A stretch of 64,000 bases of DNA from the human T2T-CHM13v2.0 reference genome, Homo sapiens. Below the pieces are notes generated by a model. The model did not search any database. It was not told where the DNA came from and was given only the letters and a program-made list of their open reading frames with translations. The translations under genes and the position numbers were made by a program. The stretch is taken from the NCBI RefSeq assembly GCF_009914755.1, contig NC_060931.1; one strand, written 5' to 3'. The stretch's first letter is position 1; each line of letters opens with the position of its first letter. Below, one piece after another: positions 16,020-33,538 of this stretch.

Positions 16020-16327
16020 GCAAGTGTAGTGGCTCATGCCTGTAATCACAGCACTTTGGGAGGCTGAGATGGGAGAATACTTGAGGCCAGGAGTTCAAGA
16101 CCAGCCTGGGCAACATAGCAAGGCCCTGTCTACAAAAAAAAAAAAAAAAAAAAAAATTAGCTGAACATGTTGGCACATGACTGTAGTCTCAACTACTCGT
16201 GAGGCTGAAGTGAGAGAATTGCTAGAGCCCAGGAGGTGAAGACTACAAGTGAGCTGTGATCACCCCACTGCAATCCAGACTGGACAACAGAACGAAACCC
16301 TGTCTCTAAAAAAAAAAAAAAAAAAAA
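16020..16327 (+). mobile_element. AluJ
   Basis: Diverged dimer with J-type gagcccaggaggt and an expanded middle A-tract. Confidence 0.85.
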
Positions 16328-17389
16328 CCTCAAAATTAAAAAAATAAAAAGAACCAACAAGTGGTTCACTGTTATCACATTGGGAATTAAGTAAAAGAAA
16401 AACAAAAGAGCTCCTATGACTGGCTATCTGTGAGCATTTACTATGTGCCAGGCGTTATTCTTGGTGTTTTGCATGCAGTATCTCAGATCATCTTCATAAG
16501 ACCTTATCAAATAAGCGTTGAAGCTAAAGTTTTGCTCACTTTTCTGAGGTCCCACGTTGAGCAAGTGGCAGACCCAGATTTGCACTCAGTCTACTCCAGA
16601 ATCCACATACTTACACTCTGCTGTTTCTCAATAAGAAAAAGAAAATTTAACCTAAAGAAGAGGGGCAAATAATATTAGCAGGAATTGCATACACACAAAT
16701 CCAAAGAGCCGGCAAACATGTAAAAATAATACTAATAAAAATACAGATTTAAATGGCAATGGGTTATTGGCCCACAGGTGGTGAAACTATAACCAACATT
16801 ATTGAGAAACGAACTTACGCTCTTGGTGGGAATAGAAACTGAAACAGCCTACTTGGATGGCAACTTGGTAACTTAAACAGGAATCTACTAACACACAGGA
16901 TCAGATTGTCAAATCTGACTTCCATGCATCAGAGATCTTACCCCTATCAAGCTTTACTCATAGTTTCAAAGACACAAGGAATCAAAAAGCCCTGGCAAAG
17001 CAGGGAGAGGCCTGCATCATCCTGCATGCCTCCCAGGGTCTCGTTCCCACAGGAGACACCTGCTCTGTGGCCCAGGGTAATAGATGAGATCTCAAGGAAG
17101 GGTTGCGGTCCTCTCACTCAGCAGGGAGGCTTTAGGTATGGAAACATTGCATTTTATACCCTATATGGTATAGTTTTTGTGACTTTCTCTTAGGAGTCTT
17201 GTCTCACAAATCCATAAGTTCTAAGTTTATTTACTGTAAGCAACCCTTAACCAGCTATATCCTACTAAGCACATTCCACAGATAAAGAGTTCTCTCAGCA
17301 AATACCATTTGTCTGTTTACTAGGAGGTTCAGTTCTTAGCATGTTTACCAGGAATTTCCTTTACCGAAATCAAGGGCCAGCTGTGCTAA

Positions 17390-17719
<330 letters not shown>

Positions 17720-18177
17720 TAGTAGGAAATTATGGTACATTTTTCCTACAAGACACCATGTAGTGGTCAAAAAGAATGAAGCAAGTGTATATCTATATAT
17801 TGACTTCCAGAGCAACTTATAGGGGAAAGGGATGTACCACGCAACATGGAACCATGTATGTAACATAGATGCACATAAATAACTAGATAAAAGTGTGGAA
17901 GGAATCACATGAAGTACATGGGGAAAAGGTTGGGAGCAGTGTGGGGTGGAGGAATGCTTTGACATTTGTCTCTGTTTTTAGAGTATTTGATATGTTCACA
18001 ATGAGAATATTTTCATATATCACTCATGTATGTGGACTTAGGAACACTTCAAAAATAAAATCAAAATGAAAAATTGAGTGAATGCAAGACTGAATAGAGA
18101 CTTCAGGATATTGAATTGTGAAGAGAAAGGCCTAACTGGGACAATAGTTTGGTGGGAAAACATTCAGGGAAGGATAT

Positions 18178-18801
18178 TGTTGGGACTCAGAAAACAATAC
18201 TCCAAAAAGAAGGCCTCAGAAGCAAGAGTTTTCCTCTGATCTTCTCCTGCCTGCCTGTCTCTCAGTCCCATTCTCCCCCAGGGATAGCCATGGAAACTAG
18301 AACCCCTCTTCCCCACGGTGAGTCGTAGAAACGAGAACCTCTTTTCTCCAAAGCCAGCCACAAAACCTAAACATATTTCTCTAACTTTCCCTTTGCCTTT
18401 CTGTGTAAAACTGGCCGTAAAGAAATGATCTGACCTACCTTGTTTGACTGTAGGTCATGAGACCCTTATTCCAGAACAGGTCCTGCTCCACACCCAGAAG
18501 GAAGGAATGTGGCTCAGAGATGCCAAGAAGAATCTAGACAAGGCTTGCTGGCTTTCCCTGCACAGTCTATTCGCATTAGATCTACCCTTTTTGTCCAACT
18601 TCTACACAGCGGTCAATGCTTTGTTGAACCTAAGCATAAAAATGGCCAATTTCTCTGGTATTTTTGTGTCTTCATTCTGAATGCTCCTGTGTATACACGT
18701 TAAGTAAATTTATATGCATTTTCTCCAACGAGTCTAACTTTTGTGAGTTGATTTTTCAGTGAGCCTTCAGAGGGCCAAAGAGAACTTTTCCCTTGACCCC
18801 A
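18178..18801 (+). mobile_element. ERV1-class solo LTR (MER34/MER39-like)
   Basis: Begins tgttgggactcagaaaacaatactccaaaa, contains cataaaa and agtaaa, ends ..cccttgacccca. Confidence 0.65.
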
Positions 18802-19642
18802 AGTTCCCCTTAAAATTATTTTTAATGATAAACTCAATTATTTTTAGCTGATGTAGTAAGCAGGGTACAGACTATGCTACTATAAAAAAAAAAAGAATCA
18901 TAACAAAGATAGAAGAGGTAAAACAAGATAGAAGTTTCTTTCTCATAGGACAGTCCAAAGAGAGGGGACTGGTTCTGGGCAGAGAGGTGGTTTTGAGCCT
19001 TGAGGGTGTCCAGGCTCCAAGGTCCTTGTCCCAGACATAGCCTGGTATGTGGCCCTTGTCCTCATGGCCAAAGCCAGCTCACCTGTATCACATCCATGGT
19101 CCATCTATCAGGAGAGCGGAAAGTGCAGAGCTCATTCCCAGTCATTTTGAGATTAAGACCAAGAAAATGTAGTCTTTAGTTGAGTGACCACAACCCCTGT
19201 TGAAATTCACCAGGGTTCTATTATACAAAGGCAAAATATGGTGCATTCAGGGGACTGTCAGCAGGCCTTACCACTGCTTCTAAATCCTTCATTTTTGTTG
19301 AAAGCAAAGATATGAAAACCACCTGACTTGCAAAAGGATTTGTTATTCTGCCTTTAGGGTCCAGGAAAACCAGTATTTGGACTGTCCCTTTTCTTTTAGT
19401 ATTGGGAGGGTTTTACATCCCAGGAAAGTGACTGTAGAGAGTTAGGCAGAAAGCATGGCTTTCCTGTGTAAAGTGGGAGTGGAGGGGAGCCATTGGGAAG
19501 GCAGAGAGGAGGGAAAAAAGAACACCTCAGGCAGTTTGGCTCATTAAACAGGAGGATGGCAAAGTGGCTTCATGCGCATGCGCCCTTTAGCAAGTCTTTG
19601 GTGTTCACGGGCATGTGGCTGCCCAGATCTAGGGCATTAGAT

Positions 19643-20224
19643 TATAACTGGGCAGCTTAACTTCAAAATACATTTTAAAACATTTTTTCTTTTTCTTTTG
19701 GGTTTCAAGATATACCCTTGAAGCAAACTGCAGGAGCCTTTTCCCTAAGCCTTAAAACAGACTCCATGTCCCTCCCTTTCTCACCGTATATACTCCCTTC
19801 ACGTTTATCCAGCCTTCTGCTAGTGTCTAACTGTGTGCCTTCTTAGAAGTTCCAGGGGCTAATCTTGAGACAGACACAGCCTGGAGACTCAGCTGCAAAA
19901 TTCCAGAGATTACTTCAAGGTGGCTAGTTAACAACCTAGTCATTGTTGAGATGACACCAGCCCAAGATCCAAGCGGACTGGGACCCAAGATAACCACCAG
20001 ACGCAGACATTGTTCTCAGCACAATCCTTGCATGCCTTCCTTATCAAGTTTTCCTTTTTTAAACTCCTGCCTTCCCTCCAAAAAATCAAAGTGGCTGCTT
20101 TGGATGGGAATCTGGCCACTTCTCCTTTACTAATTTTGGTTAATAGGATCATTTTCTTTCTACAAGACCTCACTCTTCCTTAGACTCTGCAAGTGGTGAG
20201 CATGCAGACCTGCACTGGGTTACA
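19643..20224 (+). mobile_element. ERV1-class solo LTR (MER4 group)
   Basis: tataactgggcagc..ttcaaaatacattttaaaa ... gggttaca termini, with aaattccagagattacttcaagg inside. Confidence 0.6.
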
Positions 20225-21009
20225 TGGTCATGGGGTGCAACGTGAAGGTGCTTACCAAAGGGCAAATCAGGAGTGTCCAGAGTACATGGCAACACCTCCC
20301 AAGCACCGAGCTTTCATGGTCATTTCATTGTCAGGACGTCCTTGAGAAGGAGAACCACTGGAGCCGCAGCTGGAGGGAGTATTGAGTAGCGATGGTGCCC
20401 TTCCTGCAGGCAGCGAGGTGTTCGCTTTCTCATGCTCATGTTTAGCTCACCGTTCTCTCCTTCCTTGGAGAAGTCAAGTTTCTCATGTCTTTAGCCATAT
20501 CTGTATTTATTTACTTGCCAAATTTATATTGACTGTATTTCCTTCAGTACTTTTTTTCCTCTAGTTTTGTTTTGGAAGATTTGCTACCTATAAGCATTAG
20601 TCACCTTACTGAACTACTTTATTAGTTATAATAATTTTTCATGATTCTTTTTGGTGTTCAGAGATACCAACTTCAAATAATAATAATGTCTCCACCTTTC
20701 CAACACTTGTATCACACTTTCTATTTTTGTTCTCCCAGAACAGTATAATAGTGGTGATAGCAGGCATTTCTGATTTAATAAGAATGTTCTGGTATTCACT
20801 ATTAAATATAATGCTAATTGTTCACTTGAGATAGATCTTTATTGTTTGTTATATAAAGGAAGTTTCCTTATATCCCTCTTTTTCTATGGCCAGCTTCCAA
20901 ATTTATAATCCAGATACAAAGATATGACATTCCCCCCAAAAGGAAAAATATGAACCACATTACTTCATAAATTGATGCCAGTTTGTGCCTGTGCTCTGGA
21001 AAAATTTAG

Positions 21010-21319
<310 letters not shown>

Positions 21320-21389
21320 TGCTTCTTGAAGATGTTAAAGACTTGCCCCTAAAACAACCTAACCTTGGTACATGTTTTGCAGATAGTTT

Positions 21390-21915
21390 GTGTATTAGTT
21401 ATCTATTCCTGGGTAACAAATTACCCTAAAACTGCGTGGCCTAAAATGACAACAACACGCAGCATGTCACAGTCACTATGGGTCAGGAATCTGGACTCTG
21501 CTCTGGCTCAGAGTCCGTCACAGGGCCACAATCTGGTGTCAGTCCAACAGTCCATCTCAAAGCTCGGCTAGGGAAGGGTATGATTCCAGCTACTCATCTG
21601 GTTGTGGAAGGATTCAATTCCTCACACCATGTTAGAATGAGGACTTCAGTTCCTTGCTGGCTCTTGGTTGGAGGATGCCTTCAGTTCCTTACCACAGGGG
21701 CCTCCCTATAGGGCATGTGGTAGCTTCAACAGAGTGAGCCAGCGAGAAGAGCCGAGGGAGTACAAGCAGGATGGAAGTCGTGTTTTGCAACCTATTCTTG
21801 GAAGTGACATCCCATCACTTTTGCTATATTCTATTTATTAGAATCAAATCACTAGATTAAACCATGCTCAATTGCAGGGAATCACTGGGGGGCATTTTAG
21901 AAGCTTCCTACCTAT
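21390..21915 (-). mobile_element. MLT1 (MaLR) LTR
   Basis: tgtattagttatctatt..gtaacaaattaccctaaaact..gggtcaggaatctgg..gaagtgacatcccatcacttttgc. Confidence 0.7.
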
Positions 21916-21989
21916 TGTATTATAATGTTTAATTTTTCTGTGTTTCTTGGCTCATACAATATTTCTACTTCATTTCTTTAAAAAAATTT

Positions 21990-22885
<896 letters not shown>

Positions 22886-22889
22886 GTTT

Positions 22890-24180
22890 TCCAGCCTATT
22901 TTTTCCTTGTTTCTCAGGTTGGATAATTTCTTTTGTCCTATCTTCCAGTTTACTAATACTTTTTTCTGTTCTCTTTATTCTGCTGAAGTAAAAACATCCA
23001 TAGAATTTTAAATTCTAATTACTGTATTTTTCAGTTTGACATTTCCACTTGATTCTTCTTTATATCTTCTACTTCTTTGCTGAGACTTCCCATTTTTTCA
23101 TTTATTTCAAGCATGTTTGTGTAATAGTTGCTCACTGAAGCATTTTTACGATGGCTGCTTTAAAATCCTTCTCAGATAGTTTCAACATTTGTGTGATTTG
23201 GCACCTGTCAATTGATTCTTCTTATTCAAGTTGAGATTTTCCCGGTCTTGTATAAGTGATTTAAATATTGTGCAATGGACATTGAGGGTATTATGCTATG
23301 AAACTCTGTATTTTATCTAAATTTTGTGATTTAGTAGGTCTCCTCTGACATCATGCTGGTGGGAGGGAGGGGGTCTTGCCTCATTTCTGTCAGGTGGGGG
23401 TGAAAGTCCAGGTGCCATTGGCCCTTGAGGAGGCGGGGCTCCTTGTTAGTGCCAGGTGGGTGGGAGTGGGAATCCGTGCTCCCACTAGGCCTCTATTGGT
23501 AGCACCCAGGCTGGGAGAGAGGCATCTTGCTAGTGTTCCTCAAGTAATCTTCACTGCCAACAAGGAGGGGAGGGAGCGGACGGCAATTGAGACATCTGAC
23601 TTCCCCTTGACTTCCTCTAACACTGGCAGGTAAGGGGAGCTCATCACCACTGGGTAGGGTTGGAAGTCAGGATTCCAAGTGGCCTCTAGTGACGCAGTAC
23701 AGGCTTCTGATCCTTGCTGGTCAAGGGTAGAAATTTAGGTACCCCACCTGGCCTTTGCCGACATGAGTTGGGGTAGGAATGTATATTTTTCTGTGGTGTT
23801 TAGCTGGGCTATGGTGATTACTGTTGCAAAGTTTTCTGTCTTGCTAGGCTGCTTCTTTTCTGCTCCTTTGGCTAGAGAGCGCAGGCTTCCCTTGGGGGCT
23901 TTTCTTTGTCTGCTGCCACTGACATTTCTGGGTTGTCGGCTTCACTAGCAACCAATTCAAGATAAAGCATGCAATAAGAACACCCAGAGAAATCACCTGT
24001 AGGATGCTACATACGTGGCATATAGGCTTGAGTATATGTTCCTTGGGTCTCAAGGTTTCTAGAGGGCTTTCCTTTTTCTTTTCACCTTCCAGTCTTCTAA
24101 TGTTTGTTTTATATATAATGCCCAGGATTTTAGCTGTACTTAGCAGGGGGAATTGGGAGAAGTTTTTCTACTCCATCTCG
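22890..24180 (-). mobile_element. Old L1M 5'/ORF1-region remnant
   Basis: T-rich antisense L1 signature (tcttccagtttactaat, atttccacttgattcttc) grading into GC-richer UTR-like sequence. Confidence 0.5.
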
Positions 24181-24285
24181 GACTTGTTGATTGAAGTTTA
24201 ACAGTTCGTAATTTCATGGGTTCTCAAGCACATCTTGTGGGGTTTACTTATGTTACTTTAAATGACCCTTTCTGTTATGGAGTAA

Positions 24286-24647
<362 letters not shown>

Positions 24648-25431
24648 TAGGCAGTTGTGGTAGATTACTAGTAAGGCTGAGTATCTTTCACATGTGTTTA
24701 TTGGATCTATGTATTGCTTTATTTGTGAATTTTATGTTAGTGTCCTTTGTCCATTTTTCAATTGTCCTTATTTGACTTATATGTTAGGGATATTAGTATT
24801 TGGTTGTATGTGGTTGCAGCTACGCTCATCTCCTTTACAAACTGCATTCTTTAGCTACAAATTGAATATTTCATCACCTACCACATAGATCTATTGGGAG
24901 CATTAAATAAGACTATGAATGTTAACTCCTCAGACCAGTAAGAAGGCAAAGAGTAAATTCCTGGTAAATGGCAGTGATTATTTATTGTGGAATTAACTGC
25001 CCAAGGAGATCTGGAGACAGGCAGAAATAAATCTCTTCAGGCTAGTTGTCTTCCCAAGACCAAGCTTTCTGCTCTTGCACTCTGAAGAGGTTGCTGGGAA
25101 TATGAAAATGCCTAGAAGTTCGCTTGGCAAGGAACAACGCTTTATGGCATTTGCTGAAGTTTTGTCACAGAGAAAATAACAGTAATACTATAATTTTAGA
25201 ATTGCCTACTCTCAATTATAACATCTTTTTATTAATTTCAAAACTTCCTTGAGAAGTTAAAACAATTTTTACTTCCATAAAAAGGCTGTATAAAATGGAT
25301 TTAATTTGCCTTCTTCCAAAAGTTAGTAGTTTATATGATTGAAGTATTAAAAAAAAATGTGTACTTCACAAGGTTCAGAGGTTTGGATGTAGTATATGAA
25401 GTTTAGCAAAATGTGAGACTTCAGACTGAAA

Positions 25432-26024
<593 letters not shown>

Positions 26025-26032
26025 GCTCCTAA

Positions 26033-27014
26033 GGTCCCAGAGGGACTGGCTGGAGCTGCAGCAGACTAACATAAATTGTGAAGATTTCATGGACATTTAT
26101 CAGTTCCCAAATAATACTTTTATAATTTCTTACACCTGTCTTACTTTAATCTCTTAATCCTGTTATCTTCGTAAGCTGAGGATGTACATCACCTCAGGAC
26201 CACTATGATAATTGTGTTAACTGTACAAATTGATTGTAAAACGTGTGTTTGAACAATATGAAATCAGTGCACCTTGAAAAAGAACAGAATAACAGCGATT
26301 TTTAGGGAACAAGAGAAGACAACCATAAGGTCTGACTGCCTGTGGGGTTGGGCAAAAAGACCCATATTTTTCTTCTTGCAGAGAGCCTGTAAATGGACGG
26401 CAAGTAGGGAAGATATCACTAAATTCTTTTCCTAGCAAGGAATATTGATATTAATACTCTGGGAAAGGAATTCATTCCTGGGGTGATGTCTATAAATGGC
26501 TGCTCTGGGAATGTCTGTCCTATGCGGTTGAGATAAGGACTGAGATACGCCCTGGTCTCCTGCAGTACCCTCAGGCTTACTAGGATTGGGAAACTCCATC
26601 CTGGTAAATTTTTGGTCAGACTGATTCTCTGCTCTCAAACCCTGTTTTCTGTTAAGATGTTTATCAAGACAATACATGCACACCGCTGAACAGAGACTCT
26701 TATCAGGAGTTCTGATTTTGCCCTTGTCCTGTTTCCTCAGAAGCATGTGATCTTTGTTCTGCTTTTTGCCCCTTGAAGCCTGTGACCTACTCTCTGTTCG
26801 TACACCCCCTCCCCTTTTGAAATCCTTAATAAAAACTTGCTGGTTTTAAGGCTTAGGTGGGCATCATGTTCCTACCGATATGTGATGTCACCCTTGGCAG
26901 CCCGGCTGTAAAATTCCTCTCTGTGTACTTTTTATCTTTATTTCTCAGCTGGCTGACACTTACAGAAAATAGAAAGAACCTACATTGAAATGTTGGGGGT
27001 GGGTTCCCCTGATA
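26033..27014 (+). mobile_element. MER11 solo LTR (HERV-K11/HML-8), 5' end clipped
   Basis: aacataaattgtgaagatttcatggacatttatc, cttcgtaagctgaggatgta, ttaataaaaacttgctgg, and the 3' end gggttcccctgata. Confidence 0.88.
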
Positions 27015-27272
27015 CTGCAAAGTCTTCTTCTACATACTCGGAATGGCAGTACAAGTTGTATTGTTTCACCTGTTTTAAATCAGACCCTGAGACCAATGTA
27101 AATGGTGAGGTTTACTCTCTGTGATAATTTGTGTAGATTTCTTGGGGCTTCTCTGAGTGGCCACTGAAACATGATTCCTAAGATACGCATGGCCATACTG
27201 GGCTCTGTTCCTTACAGAACACCCTTTCTGCTCCACCCTTTTATAACAGTGGCAAGTGTTATTTTGATCTGA

Positions 27273-27628
<356 letters not shown>

Positions 27629-27718
27629 AAGGGATACATTTTCTCTTTGAGACTCCACAGTCCTCTCTTGAGATTTCCTCTTGAAATTTGTGTTTTGTCA
27701 TTCCCTCTATCCACCCAC

Positions 27719-29230
27719 TGTTGGGAGGGAATTTTCCATGATTTCTTTGCATTTCTGAATAGCTTGTACATATCTTGTAAGGAGAGTCACTGACTACTTT
27801 TGTTCTAGGCTATCTTTTCAAGGATGTTTGTGTGGGCGGCAAGCCACCCAGGTACCGAGGCAAGAGACCAAGGGCACGAGCTGTTCCAGTATAAGAAAAT
27901 ATGTAAAATAAGAATAGTTATACTAGATATAGATCTTATATGATTATATATGAATACCATTAATCATTAGTGTGTAGCAATTACTCTTTATTCTAATATT
28001 ATAATAATCCTCGCTCTACAATCATAACCTAGGAAAAACCAGGCCATGCAGAGATAGGAGCTGAGGGGACATAGCAAGAAGTGACCAGAAGACAAGAGTG
28101 TGAGCCTTCTGTTATGCCTGGACAGGGCCACCAAAGGGCTCCTTGGTCCAGCGGTAACGCCAGCATCTGGGAAGACACCCCTTGCCAAGCAGACTGTGGT
28201 CTAGCGGTAGCGTCAGTGTCAAGGAAAAAGACCTGCTACTTAGCAGACCAGGAAAGGGAGTCTCCCTTTCCCTGGGGGAGTTTAGAGAAGACTCTACTCC
28301 TCCATCTCTTGTGGAGGGACTGACATCATTCAGGCCCACCTGCAGTTATCTAGAGGCCTAACTGTCTCCCTGTGATGCTGTGCTTCGGTGGTCATGCTCC
28401 TAGTCTGCCTTCATGTTCCATCCTGTACACCTGGCTCTGCCTTTTAGATAGCAGTGGCAAATTAGTGAAAGTACTAAAAGTCTCTGATAAACAGAAATAA
28501 TGATGTAAGCTGTCTCTGTCTCTCTCCTCTCTCTCTGCCTTGGCTGCCAGGCAGGGAAGGGCCCCCTGTCCAGTGGACACGTGACCCACGTGACCTTACC
28601 TATCACTGGAGATGGCTCATACTCCATACCCTGCCCCTTTGTCTTGTATCCAATAAATATCAGTGCAGCCTGTCATTCGGGGCCACTATCGGTCTCCGCA
28701 CCTTGATGGTAGTGGTCCCCTGGGCCCAGCTGTCTTTTCTTTTATCTCTTTGTCTTGTGTCTTTATTTCTACACTCCCTCATCTCCGCACATGGGGAGAA
28801 AACCCACCGACCCTGTGGGGCCGGACCCTACATGTTTATATAGTAAGAGAGCCTTGGAAGATACAGAAAATATTTGCCTCTAGAACAAAGAGCAGATTTG
28901 CTTACAACCTTGGAAGATAGAGGTTTTTTTTTTTTTTATAAGCAAAAGGCAGCCATACTGCTCATTATGAAAGATCCTGGTTCCTTAAGCACAGAATTTT
29001 TCTCCTGTAACACAACCCAGAGTATGTGCAGATATCATCTGGACTTCTTTGCATTGCCCTGTGGGAATTGGGGTTGGTGAACCAGTGCAAATGCTGATAC
29101 TCTGACTACTCTTATTGCTATGTATAATATAGTCTTTTGTCTCTAACCCAGGAGCCTTGTGTCTTGTGAAACTGGCAGACCAACTTGTTAGCCTAAAAGC
29201 AGGAAAAAAATCTTAGACCCTTTATTTTGC
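27719..29230 (+). mobile_element. Older ERV1-class LTR split by the LTR13 insertion
   Basis: The halves ..ctatcttttcaaggatgtttg and ..atagtaagagagccttggaagata rejoin into a continuous LTR-like sequence. Confidence 0.55.
27831..28832 (+). mobile_element. LTR13 solo LTR (HERV-K13/HML-4), full length
   Basis: TGTGGGCGGCAAGCCACCCAGG ... GGACCCTACA, 1002 bp. 6-bp TSD tgtttg/tgttta. AATAAA at ~28652. Confidence 0.9.
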
Positions 29231-30199
29231 TGCAGATGCCTCATGCTTCTGAACCCCAATATTAGAGAGGCCCCTTAACCTGGGACAAATATAGAGACAC
29301 TTGGGGAGACAGCCTGGGCTGTGAGAAGCAATATTCATTAAGGGCTGCTGAAGGATGTGCATTTCTAAACGTTATGCTTGGCACATGCACTTTTGGCTCT
29401 GGGACTTGTACTAAATTGTGCTTCTATTTTTTGCAATCTGCCAATTTTGATGGACATGATAAGAAAGAGCAATGTAAAATGTACTGTTGTATATATCATT
29501 GGGATATTTTGAAGGACACAGACTACAACATTACGCAGTGTTCCCTTTATGAGGGCCCATGGGAAAAATTTATCTCAGGTATTAGGAAAAGCTGCATTCT
29601 GTTGAACAGTTGTGGTGTTTTTGTCCTGTGGACACTATAAATCTTGTAACTGATTGTGTCTCTCTATTGTCACAGCATCTCAGAAGAATAGAGCCAAATT
29701 TGTGGTCCAGCTTTTGGAATTAATCAAGACCAGACAGAATACATTTGAGAGTACTAAGTTGACTGCAGGTTGTTTTTCTTCATTGCATTTTCTCATTCAT
29801 TTATTGTTACATTTTTGCACTATGTGTATGTTTCTATTTTTATCTTAATCAGATTTTCAGGATCTGATATGTCTACCAAGTTTATTGTAAGACCAGCAGC
29901 TTTCTGCCTCCCTACCCTCCTCCTTCCCATGCCTCCTGCACCTGGTGTCTTCCTCTCCCTTAGCTTAAGTCCTTGTTTTGCTGGACCATCTGAGACAGAT
30001 GCTGGCAGGCACATTTATTGAGAGCTAATGTGTCTGAAAATGTTATTAGGTGACTATCACACTTAGCTGATAGTTTGGTGAGTCACAGAATTCTAGGCTA
30101 GAAATAGCTTTTATTTAGACTTTTGAAGGTTTTGCTCCATTGCTTATAGGTTCTAGCACTTCAGTTGTGAAGTCCAAAGATCTTCTGATTCTTTTGTTT

Positions 30200-30496
30200 T
30201 CTTTTTCTTTTTTTGAGCTGGAGTATTGCTTTGTTACCCAGGCTGGAGTGTAGTTGTATGATCTTGGCTCACTGCAACCTCCACCTCCCAGGTTGAAGTG
30301 ATTCTCCTGCCTCAGCCTCCCAAGTAGCTGGGATTACAGGCGACTGCCACCATGCCTAGCTAATTTTTGTATTTTTAGTAGAGACGGGGTTTTGCCATGT
30401 CAGCCAGGCTGGTCTTGAACTCCTGGCCTCAAGTGATCTGCCAGCCTCGGCCTCCCAAAGTGCTGGGATTACAGGTGTGAGCCACCACACTTGGCC
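30200..30496 (-). mobile_element. AluS
   Basis: Antisense dimer inside old L1-like sequence. Confidence 0.9.
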
Positions 30497-30840
30497 TTCT
30501 TTTTAGTATTTTTTTTTACTCACAGAATCTGATTCTTGATCCTTTGATGTGACTTATTTTTTTCTCTGGAGGCTTTATTGGATCTTTTCTTTGTTGTCAG
30601 TGTTCTGAAATTTCAGGAAAATGTTATACGTTTGTGGAGTCTTTTGACATCCATTGTGCTGGGCAGGATATTTTTCTCTGATTGTTTCTTGGATAATCCC
30701 CTCTTCTGTGTTTTTCTGGGTTTCCTGTTTCTTGAATGACTTTATTTTGGTTTTGAGACTTCTGGGTTAGTCTTCTCGTGGCATTTCTTAATACTGATTT
30801 TCATTCTCTCTTTGTAAATCCTATTTCTTGAAAGATCCTT

Positions 30841-31091
30841 TGTATTGATTTCCGTTGCTGCCAGAAAACATTACCACATACCTGGAGGCTTAAAAGAGCC
30901 CTCCTTTATTATCTTACAGCGTTTGTGAGTCAGAAATCTGGGCCTCACGTGGCTCAGTTGGGTCCTCTGCTTAGGGCCTCACAAGATGGAAGTCAAGGTG
31001 TTGGCTGGCTTAGCTCTTATCTGAAGGCTCTGGGAAGAATCTGCTTCCAAGCTCACTCAAGTTGTTGGTAGAATCCAGTTCCTTGTGATTG

Positions 31092-31092
<1 letters not shown>
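30841..31092 (-). mobile_element. MLT1 fragment
   Basis: tgtattgatttcc..ttaccaca..ggcttaaaa..gtcagaaatctggg..gggaagaatctgcttccaagctca. Confidence 0.65.
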
Positions 31093-32038
<946 letters not shown>

Positions 32039-32373
32039 TTTCATATGTCTTTTCTTCAAATTTAAACCTAATTATTAGACTAAACTTATTATTAAACTAA
32101 ATTATAAGACTAAATGTTTTAACTTATTTAGGAATATCTTTTATTTTATAATTTTTCCATTGCTCATACTTCTATAGCATTACTCATTTGACTAATGATG
32201 AATGATAACAAATACATATAGCTGTAAAATGTTAAAATATGTTTAAATTTTTTTTCTGACTATCATAGTGGCAAGTGATTTTTGTTTTTTTGGTAGACTT
32301 ACCTTGTATTCCTTCAGTTTTATATTTTTCTGGATGGGACATCCTTTTGGGAGGTTTATTAAATGGTTACAAC

Positions 32374-32694
<321 letters not shown>

Positions 32695-33190
32695 TAAAGT
32701 GGAACCCTCATTATTTGTCAACAGCACCACATCAAACATCACTGGGGGCCAGGAATTCTGCTGATGTTGTTCTCATTGTAGGACTGCCAGCCTATTCACT
32801 TTCATCACTGACAGAGAGGCCAAAAGTGGCACCATGCAATGGGCACATGGGAGGATTGCTTTTCAAATGTTTACTTCCACTTTGAGGGAATCCGGGAGAA
32901 CAAGACCAATTATAGTTTGCCAGTAAGGTAAGAAAATAAATGTAGAAATCCGAGCCAACTGGCACAATATTTCCTCCTATTTCAGTGATATCTTGGTGCT
33001 TATTATGGGTTGGCCACCAGACAGGCTTGTCCCTTGATCTAGTTATGCCCTCAGCCTCTGCACTGGCCACCTTTCCTTCCTGGTACCCAGTATCCTGATA
33101 GTCTGTCTCCTGCACCCCATGACACAGCTCTCAGTGTCTTCATTCACACTCAGGTACAAGTGTCTGATAATAGCATAAAGAATTCTATCA

Positions 33191-33529
33191 TGCTCAGGGT
33201 CAGGTTCCAGCCCCAGCTGAGGGCTGAGGGGAGTGGGTGGATGTAGGGCAGGGAGCTGGAAGAACACTTGAGAGACAGCAGGTAGATGGGAGATGGCTTT
33301 ATTCAGCAGCTCCTTCACAGAGTCAGTGTTACATTTATGCACCACACAAACAATAGTGCCTGAGAGCCAGGTGATGAGCTTCTCTATGTTATGTCTACAT
33401 GCTTATGATTATATAAACATGGGACTGTGTGCCTGCACCACAAACCTGCTGGATCATCCAAGCTGTTTACCTGGGCCTATGCCTGCTGCCCTGTGCCTGC
33501 TTGGCTGCAGCACAGCCATGTTCCTTACA
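33191..33529 (-). mobile_element. 3' LTR (LTR18-like) of a HERV-S/HERVL18-like element
   Basis: On minus: TGTAAGGAACATGGCTG ... ACCCTGAGCA, preceded by a purine-rich tract. Contains a TATA-like motif and AATAAA (tttatt at ~33298). Confidence 0.65.
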
Positions 33530-33538
33530 CTACACCCC

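Noticed and set aside
32700-33180. Unique sequence with exon-like AG/GTAAG signals and a 107-aa minus ORF
   Set aside because: No recognisable protein similarity. A lncRNA exon cannot be supported from sequence alone.
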